Notes under the pieces: generated by a model
Databases searched by the model: none
What the model was told of the DNA's origin: nothing
Seen by the model: the letters and a program-made list of their open reading frames with translations, nothing else
Part shown: one piece after another, positions 29,341 to 39,050 of the stretch
How positions within the stretch are numbered: the first letter of the stretch is position 1
Layout: every line of letters starts with the position of its first letter
Assembly: GCA_040767965.1 (NCBI GenBank)
Contig: JAXGNR010000006.1
Location: forward strand, 155,178-219,177
Reading direction: 5' to 3'
Length of the DNA: 64,000 bases
Source of the DNA: Atribacterota bacterium
GTDB taxonomy: Bacteria > Atribacterota > Phoenicimicrobiia > Phoenicimicrobiales > Stramentimicrobiaceae
Program-made: the position numbers and the translations under genes

Positions 29341-32073
29341 TTAATAAGTTAATTTCAGTTTTTTTAATATCTCCACAAAGGGAATTGCAGTTAAAGATAT
29401 TAATATAATGACTAACCATTGAAAAGCAGTAAGAGGCACTACTTTGAAGATGTTTTGCAAATAGGGAATAAACATTACAGATAATTGCAAAAAACCTGAA
29501 AACAGAATTGCTATCAGGAGGTATCCGTTACTCATAATCCCTAACTTTGATATAGAGTAACGATCTGAACGAGAATTTAATGATTGCCATAATTGCGAAA
29601 AACTTAATGTACCGAAAGCCATAGTTTCTGCCACTTCCAAAGAATATTGCGAATATCCAAAATAAAATGCAATCAAGGTGCTTATTCCGATAAAAATGCC
29701 TTGGGAAAAGATGTTAAAACCCATTTTACCAGCAAAAATGCTCTCATTTGGATCCCGGGGATCGTATTTCATTACATCATCAATTGCAGGATCTACCCCC
29801 AGAGCTAATGCAGGAAAACCATCAGTAACCAGATTAATCCATAAAATCTGCACTGGTAACAAAGGGCGAGGAAGACCAATTAAAATAGCTATAAAAATTG
29901 TAATTATTTCTCCAAGATTGCATGATAATAAATAACGGATAAACTTTCGGATGTTCTGATAAATTTTTCTACCTTCTTCTACTGCAGCTACAATTGAGGA
30001 AAAATTATCATCAGTTAAAATCATATCAGCTGCTTCTTTGGAGACATCAGTTCCTGTAATACCCATTGCAATCCCAATATCTGCCTCCTTTAATGCTGGA
30101 GCATCATTCACTCCATCACCAGTCATTGCAACCACCTGTTTATTTTTCTGATAGGCATTTACTATTCTTTGCTTATGCTTGGGAGAGACTCTGGCAAAAA
30201 TTGAAGTTTGAAGAACAATTTTTTCCAATTCTTCCTGAGAAATATTTTCTAATTCTGAGCCAATTACAATTCTATCGTCTGTTCTAAATATATCAAGCTG
30301 GCTGGCAATAGCTTTGGCTGTAACAGAGTAATCTCCGGTAATCATCACTGGTTTAATTCCGGCTTTTCGACATATTTGAACTGCTTTTCGAGCCTCTTTG
30401 CGAGGAGGGTCCATCATGGCCATTAAACCTAAATAAGTCAATTTATCTTCTGTTTTTTCAATATCGAGTTTTGCATTATTTTTCAATTTATCCTTCTCTG
30501 AAGCAGTTATTTCTCGAAAAGCAATTGCCAAAACACGCAATGCGGCAGAGGCAAGTTGCTTGTTTTGACTTAAAATATGTTCTTTGGTAACTTCTGTAAA
30601 CCGGGCAATTTCTCCATTATCAGCATAATAATTTATACACTTTTCAATAATTTGATCTGGAGCTCCTTTTACAAAAAGAAATACTTCACCATCTGATATT
30701 TGATTAAATGTAGCCATTCTCTTACGTTCAGAATCAAAAGGCAATTCTCTTAATCGGGGATAGTTATTTTCTAAGCTTTCTCTCTGGTAACCGGCTTTGG
30801 CTGCTGCGACAATCAATGCTCCTTCCGTTGGATCACCGATAATATCCCATTTCTGATTAGTATCATTATACTTTAAAAAAGAATTATTACAGAGCACTGC
30901 AGCTTTTAGTAAAAGAGACAAATCTTTGTCATCACTGGGTTGAATTGGTTTTTCTTTTTCTATAAATTTACCATAAGGTTCATATCCTGAACCATCTATA
31001 TTTATTTCCCGGCTAACCAGAACTATTTTTTGCACAGTCATTTGGTTTTGAGTTAAAGTGCCTGTTTTGTCTGAGCATATTACGGTAGTAGCACCCAATG
31101 TTTCTACTGCCGGTAAACGTCTGATAATAGCATTCTTTTTACTCATCTGCTGAACTCCCAGAGCAAGAACAATAGTTACCACCGCCGGCAACCCTTCTGG
31201 AACAGCTGCAACCGCAAGAGAAATACCAGTCATAAACATATCAAAAAAATTAATTCCTCTCAAGCATCCTAATAAAACTACAATTGCTATTACAAATAAA
31301 ATGATGATTCCAAGATTTTTGCCTACCTGATTTAATTTTTTTTGTAGAGGAGTCAATTCCTGTTTTTGTTCCTGAAGCATACCAGCAATCTGTCCCATTT
31401 CAGTATTCATGCCAGTTGCTACTACTATTCCTTTTCCTCTACCGGCAATAACTGAAGTTCCCATATATGCCATATTGAATCGGTCACCCAAGGAGACTTC
31501 TTGTTTTGCAATAGGAATGATATCTTTTTCAACTGCTTCAGATTCACCAGTTAATACAGATTCCTGGATACGCAAATCTGAAACTTCTGTTAAGCGGATA
31601 TCTGCTGCAATCCGATCTCCAGACTCTATTATTACTAAATCACCTGGAACCAGCTGATATGATGGAATCTTTTTTTGCTCTCCCTCTCTAATTACGACTG
31701 TTTCCGGAACAGTCATCTTTTTCAATGCTTCTAATGATTTTTCAGCTTTGGATTCTTGTAAAACACTCATAATCGCATTCAATAAAACGATAATCCCGAT
31801 GACAAAAGCATCAGTAAATTCATTTAAAAAAATAGATATGATCGCAGATGCCAGTAATATTATAATCAGAACATCTTTAAACTGGTCCAGGAACATTTCC
31901 CAAACTTTTCTTTTTTCTCCTTCTTGTAATGTATTGGAGCCAACCTTTTCTATTCGTTGAAGTGCTTCTGCATGAGATAACCCTTTTTGCAAAGAAGTAT
32001 TCAATTCTTTTGTTATTTCCTGTATGGTTTTTTGGAAAAAATTATCTGAGGAATTATTTTTTATCTTACTCAT
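29341..32073 (-). CDS. calcium-translocating P-type ATPase (P2A-like)
   Basis: LTGES, AVAAVPEGLP, CSDKTGTLT, KGAP, TGD, GDGVNDAPAL, INLVTD. Confidence 0.93.
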   Translation of the reverse strand: MSKIKNNSSDNFFQKTIQEITKELNTSLQKGLSHAEALQRIEKVGSNTLQEGEKRKVWEMFLDQFKDVLIIILLASAIISIFLNEFTDAFVIGIIVLLNAIMSVLQESKAEKSLEALKKMTVPETVVIREGEQKKIPSYQLVPGDLVIIESGDRIAADIRLTEVSDLRIQESVLTGESEAVEKDIIPIAKQEVSLGDRFNMAYMGTSVIAGRGKGIVVATGMNTEMGQIAGMLQEQKQELTPLQKKLNQVGKNLGIIILFVIAIVVLLGCLRGINFFDMFMTGISLAVAAVPEGLPAVVTIVLALGVQQMSKKNAIIRRLPAVETLGATTVICSDKTGTLTQNQMTVQKIVLVSREINIDGSGYEPYGKFIEKEKPIQPSDDKDLSLLLKAAVLCNNSFLKYNDTNQKWDIIGDPTEGALIVAAAKAGYQRESLENNYPRLRELPFDSERKRMATFNQISDGEVFLFVKGAPDQIIEKCINYYADNGEIARFTEVTKEHILSQNKQLASAALRVLAIAFREITASEKDKLKNNAKLDIEKTEDKLTYLGLMAMMDPPRKEARKAVQICRKAGIKPVMITGDYSVTAKAIASQLDIFRTDDRIVIGSELENISQEELEKIVLQTSIFARVSPKHKQRIVNAYQKNKQVVAMTGDGVNDAPALKEADIGIAMGITGTDVSKEAADMILTDDNFSSIVAAVEEGRKIYQNIRKFIRYLLSCNLGEIITIFIAILIGLPRPLLPVQILWINLVTDGFPALALGVDPAIDDVMKYDPRDPNESIFAGKMGFNIFSQGIFIGISTLIAFYFGYSQYSLEVAETMAFGTLSFSQLWQSLNSRSDRYSISKLGIMSNGYLLIAILFSGFLQLSVMFIPYLQNIFKVVPLTAFQWLVIILISLTAIPFVEILKKLKLTY

Positions 32074-32182
32074 TTTTTATTATCCAGGTCTTCTTTCATA
32101 ATATAAATTTTTATGTTTTAAGAAAATTGGTTAACTGAAATCCCTTAAAAAAAGATAAGAAGCACATAATACAAAATATTAT

Positions 32183-32647
32183 TTATTCAAGATTATTCCT
32201 TATTAGATTAATATTTCGTTTAATATCAATTAAATCTTGTCTGAATTTTTTTCCTTTATCCGGCAATTTAGACAAAAGAAGAGAATAATTTTCTGTAGAC
32301 TTCTGCTGATGGTAAGAGTAAAATATTTTACCCTTTTCTGATAGGGTTACCAGGACTTTTCTTCTATCTTGCTGGGCACGACGTCTATCTAAAAATCCTT
32401 TTTTTATCAGACGGTCTACGATACTGGTCATAGTTGTAGGTGCAACATGAAAGAAATTAGAAAGTTTGCTCATAGAAGCAAAAGACTCTTTTCCTAAAAA
32501 TTCAATTAATAAATGTTCTATAAAACTAAAAGATGTTTTTTTTTCATAAAAAAGATCACTTTCAGCAATATGTTCCCACAACATTTCAGATAATTGGAAA
32601 AATAAATCATTAATTTCTGATGCAAATCTTTTTTCTTCCTTTGTCAT
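32183..32647 (-). CDS. MarR family transcriptional regulator
   Basis: TTMTSIVDRLIKKGFLDR...DRRKVLVTLSEKG winged helix. Confidence 0.9.
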   Translation of the reverse strand: MTKEEKRFASEINDLFFQLSEMLWEHIAESDLFYEKKTSFSFIEHLLIEFLGKESFASMSKLSNFFHVAPTTMTSIVDRLIKKGFLDRRRAQQDRRKVLVTLSEKGKIFYSYHQQKSTENYSLLLSKLPDKGKKFRQDLIDIKRNINLIRNNLE

Positions 32648-32690
32648 AATTTACCAGACCAGTCTTATCTATTATATTATTGCGAATATC

Positions 32691-32728
32691 GTATTATTAA
32701 TAATACAAACTGTAAATTATAAAGTCAA
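32691..32728 (-). promoter_or_regulatory. marR promoter with overlapping palindrome
   Basis: Minus strand TTGACT-17 nt-TATTAT; perfect 16-bp palindrome GTATTATTAATAATAC (32691-32706) covers the -10 box. Confidence 0.55.
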
Positions 32729-32745
32729 ACTATTTTTCATGTCTA

Positions 32746-33174
32746 TTAAAGAAAAAGATATAGTAACATTCTTACCATAAAAGCTACTATCAACATAGCT
32801 AAAAGAGTTGGTAAAATTCCTTGTTTTTTCATTTCATTAGCTAATAATCCAGGAATAATATAACCGATACTCTGCATTTCAATGTTTATTATCGGTAACT
32901 GAAATACAAAAGTTTCTATCAGCCACTTGATTAGAAAACTAATTAAAATCACACTTAAAAAACGCCTCTTACCGTAAAGAATAAAATAATTTGATAACAA
33001 CAAGATAAGGTAATAGGTAATTATGGCAATTCCAATGGTTAAAATAATACGCAATGGCTGATCAAAAAATAAAGCAATGTATCCGGGTACTACAATTCCT
33101 CCTGGAGATAAACCCACAAATTCATAAAATAAAAATCCTATAATTATTCCAATTCCGATTGCCTGATACAGCAT
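32746..33174 (-). CDS. pgsC: poly-gamma-glutamate biosynthesis protein PgsC/CapC
   Basis: GLSPGGIVVPGYIAL, ILYGKRRF, IGYIIPGLLANEMKKQG. Confidence 0.93.
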   Translation of the reverse strand: MLYQAIGIGIIIGFLFYEFVGLSPGGIVVPGYIALFFDQPLRIILTIGIAIITYYLILLLSNYFILYGKRRFLSVILISFLIKWLIETFVFQLPIINIEMQSIGYIIPGLLANEMKKQGILPTLLAMLIVAFMVRMLLYLFL

Positions 33175-34355
33175 ATTTCTTCCCCATTTTCTTGAAAATA
33201 TTCAATTATCTGCATCCCAGCTCCTTTGGTATTGCACAACCCATAAACTATACCGTAGTCTTCAATAAACTGAAAAACTGTCTCTATGATCTGATCAGGA
33301 TTTTTTCTCTTTTTTATCCGATAAATATTTTCAGAAGGATACCCAAAATCAGTTAATTTTTTCTGGCTTAGTGAACTAGTTGGACCAATAAGAATAATTT
33401 TTGAAAAGAAAAGATTATTGGCCAAAATTTGGTCAAACTGAATAGTTCGAGTAATACGGTCTTCCCGATGATTAACAATTGCTATTTTTTTCGCATGGAT
33501 CGTTTTTTTGCCAGAAAATAATTTATTAACTTTTTCCCACACAAGCAAAAGAGATTCTTTGTCATTAACGGCAAAAGAATTAATAAACCAGAGTATCTTT
33601 TTATTTTTAACTAATTTATAAATACTCAAAGCTCCTGGATCAGGAGTAGCCTTGAGTATACCTTGAAGAGCTGTGTCAGTATCAATTTTTAATAATCTGC
33701 TTACCTCTAAAGCGATAGCGATATTATCTTTAAAATATAAATGAGGTGTTTCTTCATAAGAAATTCCAGATAGCTTATCATAATCGGCTAAAATGGATTT
33801 GGTGTTTAATAAACTTGCGTATCCCTCGAAATAAGAAAAATATTTTTTTTCAGCTGTTACCGGCAAGCCATTCTCAGGAATTGTTGACTTTAAAGCATCA
33901 GCTATGTCTTGTAATTTAAAACCATAAATATCCTGATGATCAGCTCGAACATTTGTGATTATCCCAATTGTTGATTTAATAAGTTGGTGTTCACTTACCC
34001 ATTGAGTTTCAGGATTAACAGCCATACACTCTACTACAATAGCATCAACTCCTTTTTTAGCTGCCCTTCTTACAAAATATTTTTGTTCAATGATATTTGC
34101 ACCAAACTTTCTCCTAATTTCTTTTTCTGTACCATTTTCCAAAATAATTCTGGGGGCTGTCCCCGTTGTTTTAGCTAGTACAGAATAGCCAGCTTCTCTT
34201 AGGCAGGCTGCAATCAATCTTACAGTAGTTGATTTCCCTCTGATACCATTAACATGAATACGAATGGGTATTTTTTTTATTATTATTTTATGTAAGAAAT
34301 ATTCCAGGAATCCAAAAATAGTTATTAAAACTATAAGAAAAATTAGTATATACAA
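33144..34355 (-). CDS. pgsB: poly-gamma-glutamate synthase PgsB/CapB
   Basis: IPIRIHVNGIRGKSTTVRLI, KTTGT, ANIIEQ, VECMAVNP, ITNVRADH, FAVND; N-terminal TM; TTG start; overlaps pgsC. Confidence 0.95.
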   Translation of the reverse strand: MYILIFLIVLITIFGFLEYFLHKIIIKKIPIRIHVNGIRGKSTTVRLIAACLREAGYSVLAKTTGTAPRIILENGTEKEIRRKFGANIIEQKYFVRRAAKKGVDAIVVECMAVNPETQWVSEHQLIKSTIGIITNVRADHQDIYGFKLQDIADALKSTIPENGLPVTAEKKYFSYFEGYASLLNTKSILADYDKLSGISYEETPHLYFKDNIAIALEVSRLLKIDTDTALQGILKATPDPGALSIYKLVKNKKILWFINSFAVNDKESLLLVWEKVNKLFSGKKTIHAKKIAIVNHREDRITRTIQFDQILANNLFFSKIILIGPTSSLSQKKLTDFGYPSENIYRIKKRKNPDQIIETVFQFIEDYGIVYGLCNTKGAGMQIIEYFQENGEEICCIRQSELE

Positions 34356-34736
34356 GATAAGTTACCTTTTTTTTATTTTTAATGCTTATTTAATGTTTAA
34401 TGGTTTTCTTTAATTTAATTTTTACTATTAACTATTTTCTTGTATCTTTATCTCTTATTTTCCGATAAGTATAACAATAGCATGTAAATTTCTCTAAAAT
34501 ATTTTGGTAAACAAATCATGGTTAGCCTTTTTATTATTTAAAATAAAACTCCTTCCATTGTTTTCAATAAAATGATATATTAAATTGAAATAACCTACTT
34601 AAAAAACTGCTTAGCATAATAAATTGTTCTTTTATTTTATCATATTTCCAAAGGATAGAGCCTAATTTCTTTTGTTGATTTTTTCATTTTGTTACTTTAT
34701 TATTTAAATTCAATTACATAAATTTTGGTTTACAAT

Positions 34737-35846
34737 ATGAAAAACTGGATAAAACCTTTCATTCCAATGAAATATATCATAATTGCTTTTTTGATAATCA
34801 TTGTTGGCATGTTTTTCGTTGAAACTACAAAAAAAACTGTTAATAGACCCTATTATCAGATCCAGGCAGAAGCAGCCCGAATAATGCTTCAATCTGCAAA
34901 TTCTCTTCAGAAGGAAAAAACATTAAAAAATATCCCGACTTCCAATGAATTAGATCCAAATCAGACTGGTCTGATAGGTATGGAATTTACTCCTCTTACA
35001 ACTACTCTGGGTAATCTGACTGCAAAACGTACTTCTACTAATCCTGATTTTGCAGCATTAATGGTAAAATTTATGAAAGAGGCAAGATTAACATCCGGTG
35101 ATTATATCGCAATAGGTGCCAGTGGCTCTTTTCCTGCCTTAGTAGTAGCAATTTTGTCTGCCTGTAAAGCCATGGAAATTAACCCTCTCATTATATATTC
35201 TATTGGATCTTCAGAATACGGCGCAAACATCCCTGGTTTTACATTTATAGAAATGTTGAATATTTTAAATAAAGAAAACATTTTACCTTATAAATTGTTA
35301 GCAGTGTCTCTAGGTGGAGAAAATGATCAGGCAGAATCAATGCTTTACCCTGAATCAAAAGAATTAATTAACAGCATAGCCAGAGAATCAGGAATTTTTT
35401 TTATTAATACAAGTAATCTGGAAGAAAATATCCAGAAGAGAATTGATTTATATCAGGAAAGTACTGGTAAACAACCAATCAAATTGTTTGTAAATATTGG
35501 AGGAAATGTAGCTAATTATGGCACTACATCTTCTTCCATCACCTTTCCAAATGGTCTTATATTACAACATTCAGAAATTCCCAATCATCCCACAAGAGGT
35601 TTAATCTTTGAATTTCAATCAAAAGATATTCCTGTTATAAATTTGTTAAATATAGTAGATTTAGCAATAAAAAACCAGCTAGCCATTGACCCTATTCCAT
35701 TACCATCTGTTGGAAAGAGTAATTTATATAAAGAAGTTCAATATTCAAAATGGTTGATTATTTTAATAATAATTATAGAAATTTTTTATCTCTGCTGGAT
35801 ATCCTCTTATAGAAAGATTTTAGCTCGTGATAGTGCTGAAATATAA
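34737..35846 (+). CDS. pgsW: poly-gamma-glutamate system protein PgsW
   Basis: DPNQTGLIG.EFTPLTTTLG.L.AKRTSTNPDFAA, ASGSFPAL, GSSEYGAN, FVNIGG; N- and C-terminal TM helices; divergent from pgsB. Start uncertain (34725/34737/34767). Confidence 0.88.
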   Translation: MKNWIKPFIPMKYIIIAFLIIIVGMFFVETTKKTVNRPYYQIQAEAARIMLQSANSLQKEKTLKNIPTSNELDPNQTGLIGMEFTPLTTTLGNLTAKRTSTNPDFAALMVKFMKEARLTSGDYIAIGASGSFPALVVAILSACKAMEINPLIIYSIGSSEYGANIPGFTFIEMLNILNKENILPYKLLAVSLGGENDQAESMLYPESKELINSIARESGIFFINTSNLEENIQKRIDLYQESTGKQPIKLFVNIGGNVANYGTTSSSITFPNGLILQHSEIPNHPTRGLIFEFQSKDIPVINLLNIVDLAIKNQLAIDPIPLPSVGKSNLYKEVQYSKWLIILIIIIEIFYLCWISSYRKILARDSAEI

Positions 35847-35905
35847 AACCCTGATGTTAATACTACTTAAAAGCTTTTCTATTCAAGAATTTTTATTATT
35901 TAACT

Positions 35906-37282
35906 TTACATGTATTTATTCAGCAATATAGAAAAGAGAACCATTCCGAAAAGTGCAAATGGATATACTGCTCCATACCCTGCTGCAGGGTCATCACTGC
36001 CGACAGAATCAATTGCAGCACCTAATCCGGGGGTAGAAGTCATTCCTCCACAAATCGCTCCGGATAGCATCACCCAATTTATTTTAAATAAATATCTCCC
36101 TACAAAAAATCCAGCCAATAAAGGAATGGAACCAATGAAAATACCGGCAATTGCCAGAGAAAGCCCGGGTCCAGTCAAAGAATCGATAACCTGGTAGCCA
36201 TATCTTATTCCAATAACTGCAAAGAAATAAGCAAGGGTTATTGACCTTAAGACTCCTAGAACCTTATTATCCATTCGAAAGCAAAAAGGACCAATATTAC
36301 CAATATGACCTAGAAACAAGGCTGCAATAAGCACTCCACCTGTTGATCCCAGGCTTAATTCACCAAGGAATCCTAAAGGTATTTTGATAATCCCAATAAA
36401 ATATCCAACCATACACACAAGAGCATATGCGCTTAAATCAAAGAAAACTTCTCTGACACTCTTATCTTCACTATTTTCCTGTATATCTTTTTTTGAACCA
36501 ATACCTAATTCTTCTGCTAATAATAATTTTTCTTTACTGGTATCTATTTTAAAAAGGACCGGAAAAAAATTCATAGCAAAAATAACAATAATAACACCGA
36601 ATGGATAACTGACTGCATATCCGGTACCCACTGCGGCTTCTACATTTCTTACAAAATTACTCTTCTGTTCTTCTGTTAGCTCTTCTAAAATATTACTATT
36701 ACTAGCCTCTGCATTTTTTTTATTGTTTATTATATTAACTATTCTTTGTTTTTCAGATAAGCTTAAATGGGAATAATTCTCTAATAATTCACTGGAATGA
36801 GATCTTGCCGTCTCAATTGAAGCAGCTAATCCGGGTGAGCTGGTCAATGCACCAGTATAAGCTCCAGTATATAAATAAGGATTATCAGTTGAACTTAATA
36901 CACCTACCCCATAAGTTGCCATTGCTCCAACAGAGGTAATTAAAAATCCAAGTATAATAAATTTGGCACCATATTTTTTTACTACTTTTCCTACCTCTTT
37001 TGCAGCCAATAATCCAACTGAAGCAATGAATAAAATTAAAAATAAATCAAAAAATCCTTTATCAACAATTCCTTTGGCCAGGATATTCTGTCCGGTTTTA
37101 TAAAATTCACTGGCTGTTTCAATTTCATTAATAAATTTTGTTATCAGCCATCCTACAGCTATTCCCACAAACATGGATCCAGAGGTTCCAAAACTAAATT
37201 TTCCAAATTTAATATTACCAAAAAACATTCCTAAAAAAACACAAAAACTCATTAATAAAAAAGGATTTGTCCAGATTGACAT
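35906..37282 (-). CDS. AspT/YidE/YbjL (aspartate:alanine exchanger family) transporter without TrkA-C domains
   Basis: Duplicated domain motifs GAYTGALTSSPGL...GYAVSYPFG and GAICGGMTSTPGLG...GYGAVYPFA. Confidence 0.85.
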   Translation of the reverse strand: MSIWTNPFLLMSFCVFLGMFFGNIKFGKFSFGTSGSMFVGIAVGWLITKFINEIETASEFYKTGQNILAKGIVDKGFFDLFLILFIASVGLLAAKEVGKVVKKYGAKFIILGFLITSVGAMATYGVGVLSSTDNPYLYTGAYTGALTSSPGLAASIETARSHSSELLENYSHLSLSEKQRIVNIINNKKNAEASNSNILEELTEEQKSNFVRNVEAAVGTGYAVSYPFGVIIVIFAMNFFPVLFKIDTSKEKLLLAEELGIGSKKDIQENSEDKSVREVFFDLSAYALVCMVGYFIGIIKIPLGFLGELSLGSTGGVLIAALFLGHIGNIGPFCFRMDNKVLGVLRSITLAYFFAVIGIRYGYQVIDSLTGPGLSLAIAGIFIGSIPLLAGFFVGRYLFKINWVMLSGAICGGMTSTPGLGAAIDSVGSDDPAAGYGAVYPFALFGMVLFSILLNKYM

Positions 37283-37510
37283 ATTTTTTATTTACACCTG
37301 CTTCTAATTTTTACATTAATCAATTGTATTTTTTAATATTTATTTGAAATGCAATATCTTATTTCAAATTTGTATATTTATCCTGTTGATAAACACTAGA
37401 TAAAACATTATTTTTAATATTTATAGTAGTATAACACACAAAACATTATTCATACTTTAAAATATAAACAATAACTAACGCCTTTTAATAATATTGATTA
37501 GTTGTATCGC

Positions 37511-37559
37511 AATAATTTCTTCCCATATTTTTTAATAAAACATATGGGAAGAAATTATT
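37511..37559. terminator. 18-bp perfect inverted repeat, probable terminator downstream of the deacylase gene
   Basis: AATAATTTCTTCCCATAT (37511-37528) and ATATGGGAAGAAATTATT (37542-37559). Confidence 0.65.
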
Positions 37560-37650
37560 TATAAATAGAATTTACAAAAAACAATCCAATTTAATTTGCT
37601 ACTTTAAGTTAAACATAATATTTATATTATTCTTATTTGGTAATTTTGTT

Positions 37651-38841
37651 CTACGGTTTTAACAGATAATATCCAAGACCATTTTCAATAATATCAGCTT
37701 TTTTTGGTAAATTTCTTATCTCAATCAAGTTTTCAGGGTATAGCTCTGAATAAGCTGCTATTAAATGACTTATACCAGAAGCATGACGACCTACTCTCCT
37801 ATCCAGTGGCATACCTATTCCTTCAGGATAGGGAACATAAATAAGTCCTCCGTGTTTTGCGGCTCTTTCATAAAAAACATCTTTCCCTTCAACCAGCAGC
37901 TTTTCATTGGTTGGCCCTCTTAAGTTATCCATTGCTGGATTAGGTGTCTCCATAATTAAAGCAATTGCGTCAGTATGATCAGAAAATTCTCGATGAGTGA
38001 GACCTCGCAAATTCTCTGGAGAAGGTTCTATGCGCATTGCAATTCCTTCATCTAACCCTAGTGTCATAGAAGCAGTAGCAGCTATATACATTGCCTTTTC
38101 AGGAGCAATAATACAATTAACAATAGGATTCATGGGACGAGCTTCATGACAATCAATTACCAGATCAATTCCTTCTTGCTTGACAAGAGTTGTAATGCCA
38201 TAAGCAATCTTTTCTGTAAGCATTCCATCTGGTCTGCCCGGGAAAACTCTGTTCAGATTTCTAACTTCGGAACCAGAAACAAATTGCCCAGAAGGATAAT
38301 GAGCATAAGCATCAGGATCTGGGTATTGATGGATGGGATTAGTCACACGACTTCCATAACGAAAAGTCCTTTTACCCCATTCTGTTTGAATATTAAAATA
38401 ATTAGGAGCCCCCTGCCCTGGATCCTGATGAGTAAAACCACTTGCATTTGAATGAGGAATGACAATCGCTTTACCTTTTTCAATTGATACATTTTCAATA
38501 AAAAGTACAGCAGCTAGTAATCCTGATGATTCATTGGGGTGAATGCCTCCCAGCAGCAACATAGTTCCCCCAGGTTCTTTTCCTTCCATATAATAAATAG
38601 CAGTATCTCCTGGGGTGTCTTTCAGTTCAGAAAAATAGTCAGACAGCCGTCCCACACTTGTTATACCTGGACCTTTAATAATTTCTTCTACCTTATGTTT
38701 AGCAGCAAAAATGACAGAACTGTAGACAATTAAAGCTATCATTATTGCGACTACTATCAGAGATTGGGTCAGGTTTGATTTATTGTTTTCCTTTTTAATT
38801 TCTGATTTGGTTGTTTTTTTTGCTTTATTATTTTTGACCAT
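37651..38841 (-). CDS. succinylglutamate desuccinylase/aspartoacylase family (M14-like Zn hydrolase), membrane-anchored
   Basis: GGIHPNE (HxxE), RNLNRVFPG, IDCHE, late catalytic METP; basic N-terminus followed by one TM helix. Confidence 0.85.
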   Translation of the reverse strand: MVKNNKAKKTTKSEIKKENNKSNLTQSLIVVAIMIALIVYSSVIFAAKHKVEEIIKGPGITSVGRLSDYFSELKDTPGDTAIYYMEGKEPGGTMLLLGGIHPNESSGLLAAVLFIENVSIEKGKAIVIPHSNASGFTHQDPGQGAPNYFNIQTEWGKRTFRYGSRVTNPIHQYPDPDAYAHYPSGQFVSGSEVRNLNRVFPGRPDGMLTEKIAYGITTLVKQEGIDLVIDCHEARPMNPIVNCIIAPEKAMYIAATASMTLGLDEGIAMRIEPSPENLRGLTHREFSDHTDAIALIMETPNPAMDNLRGPTNEKLLVEGKDVFYERAAKHGGLIYVPYPEGIGMPLDRRVGRHASGISHLIAAYSELYPENLIEIRNLPKKADIIENGLGYYLLKP

Positions 38842-38868
38842 TTTAACACTTCTTCCTTTCCCATTATA

Positions 38869-39015
38869 TTATTTAAGAAGTAGCGCTCTCATAATGAAAG
38901 GTATAGCTACTACAGCATAAGCCATTTTCTGGTAAATACTTTTACTATCAAATAAAGTAATCACAAGCATAATAGCTATATATAAATAAACAATTCGAAT
39001 TATTGTAAATATCAT
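38869..39015 (-). CDS. small two-TM membrane protein (48 aa), not in the ORF track
   Basis: Hand translation MIFTIIRIVYLYIAIMLVITLFDSKSIYQKMAYAVVAIPFIMRALLLK*; AAGGAGA RBS at 39024-39030; fills the gap between permease and deacylase. Confidence 0.8.
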   Translation of the reverse strand: MIFTIIRIVYLYIAIMLVITLFDSKSIYQKMAYAVVAIPFIMRALLLK

Positions 39016-39050
39016 TGCTTATATCTCCTTTATTATCTTTTAAAACAAAT

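Noticed and set aside
33144-33174. 31-nt pgsB/pgsC overlap as a frameshift or fusion
   Set aside because: Both proteins are full length for their families and pgsC has a purine-rich RBS inside pgsB; ordinary translational coupling explains it.
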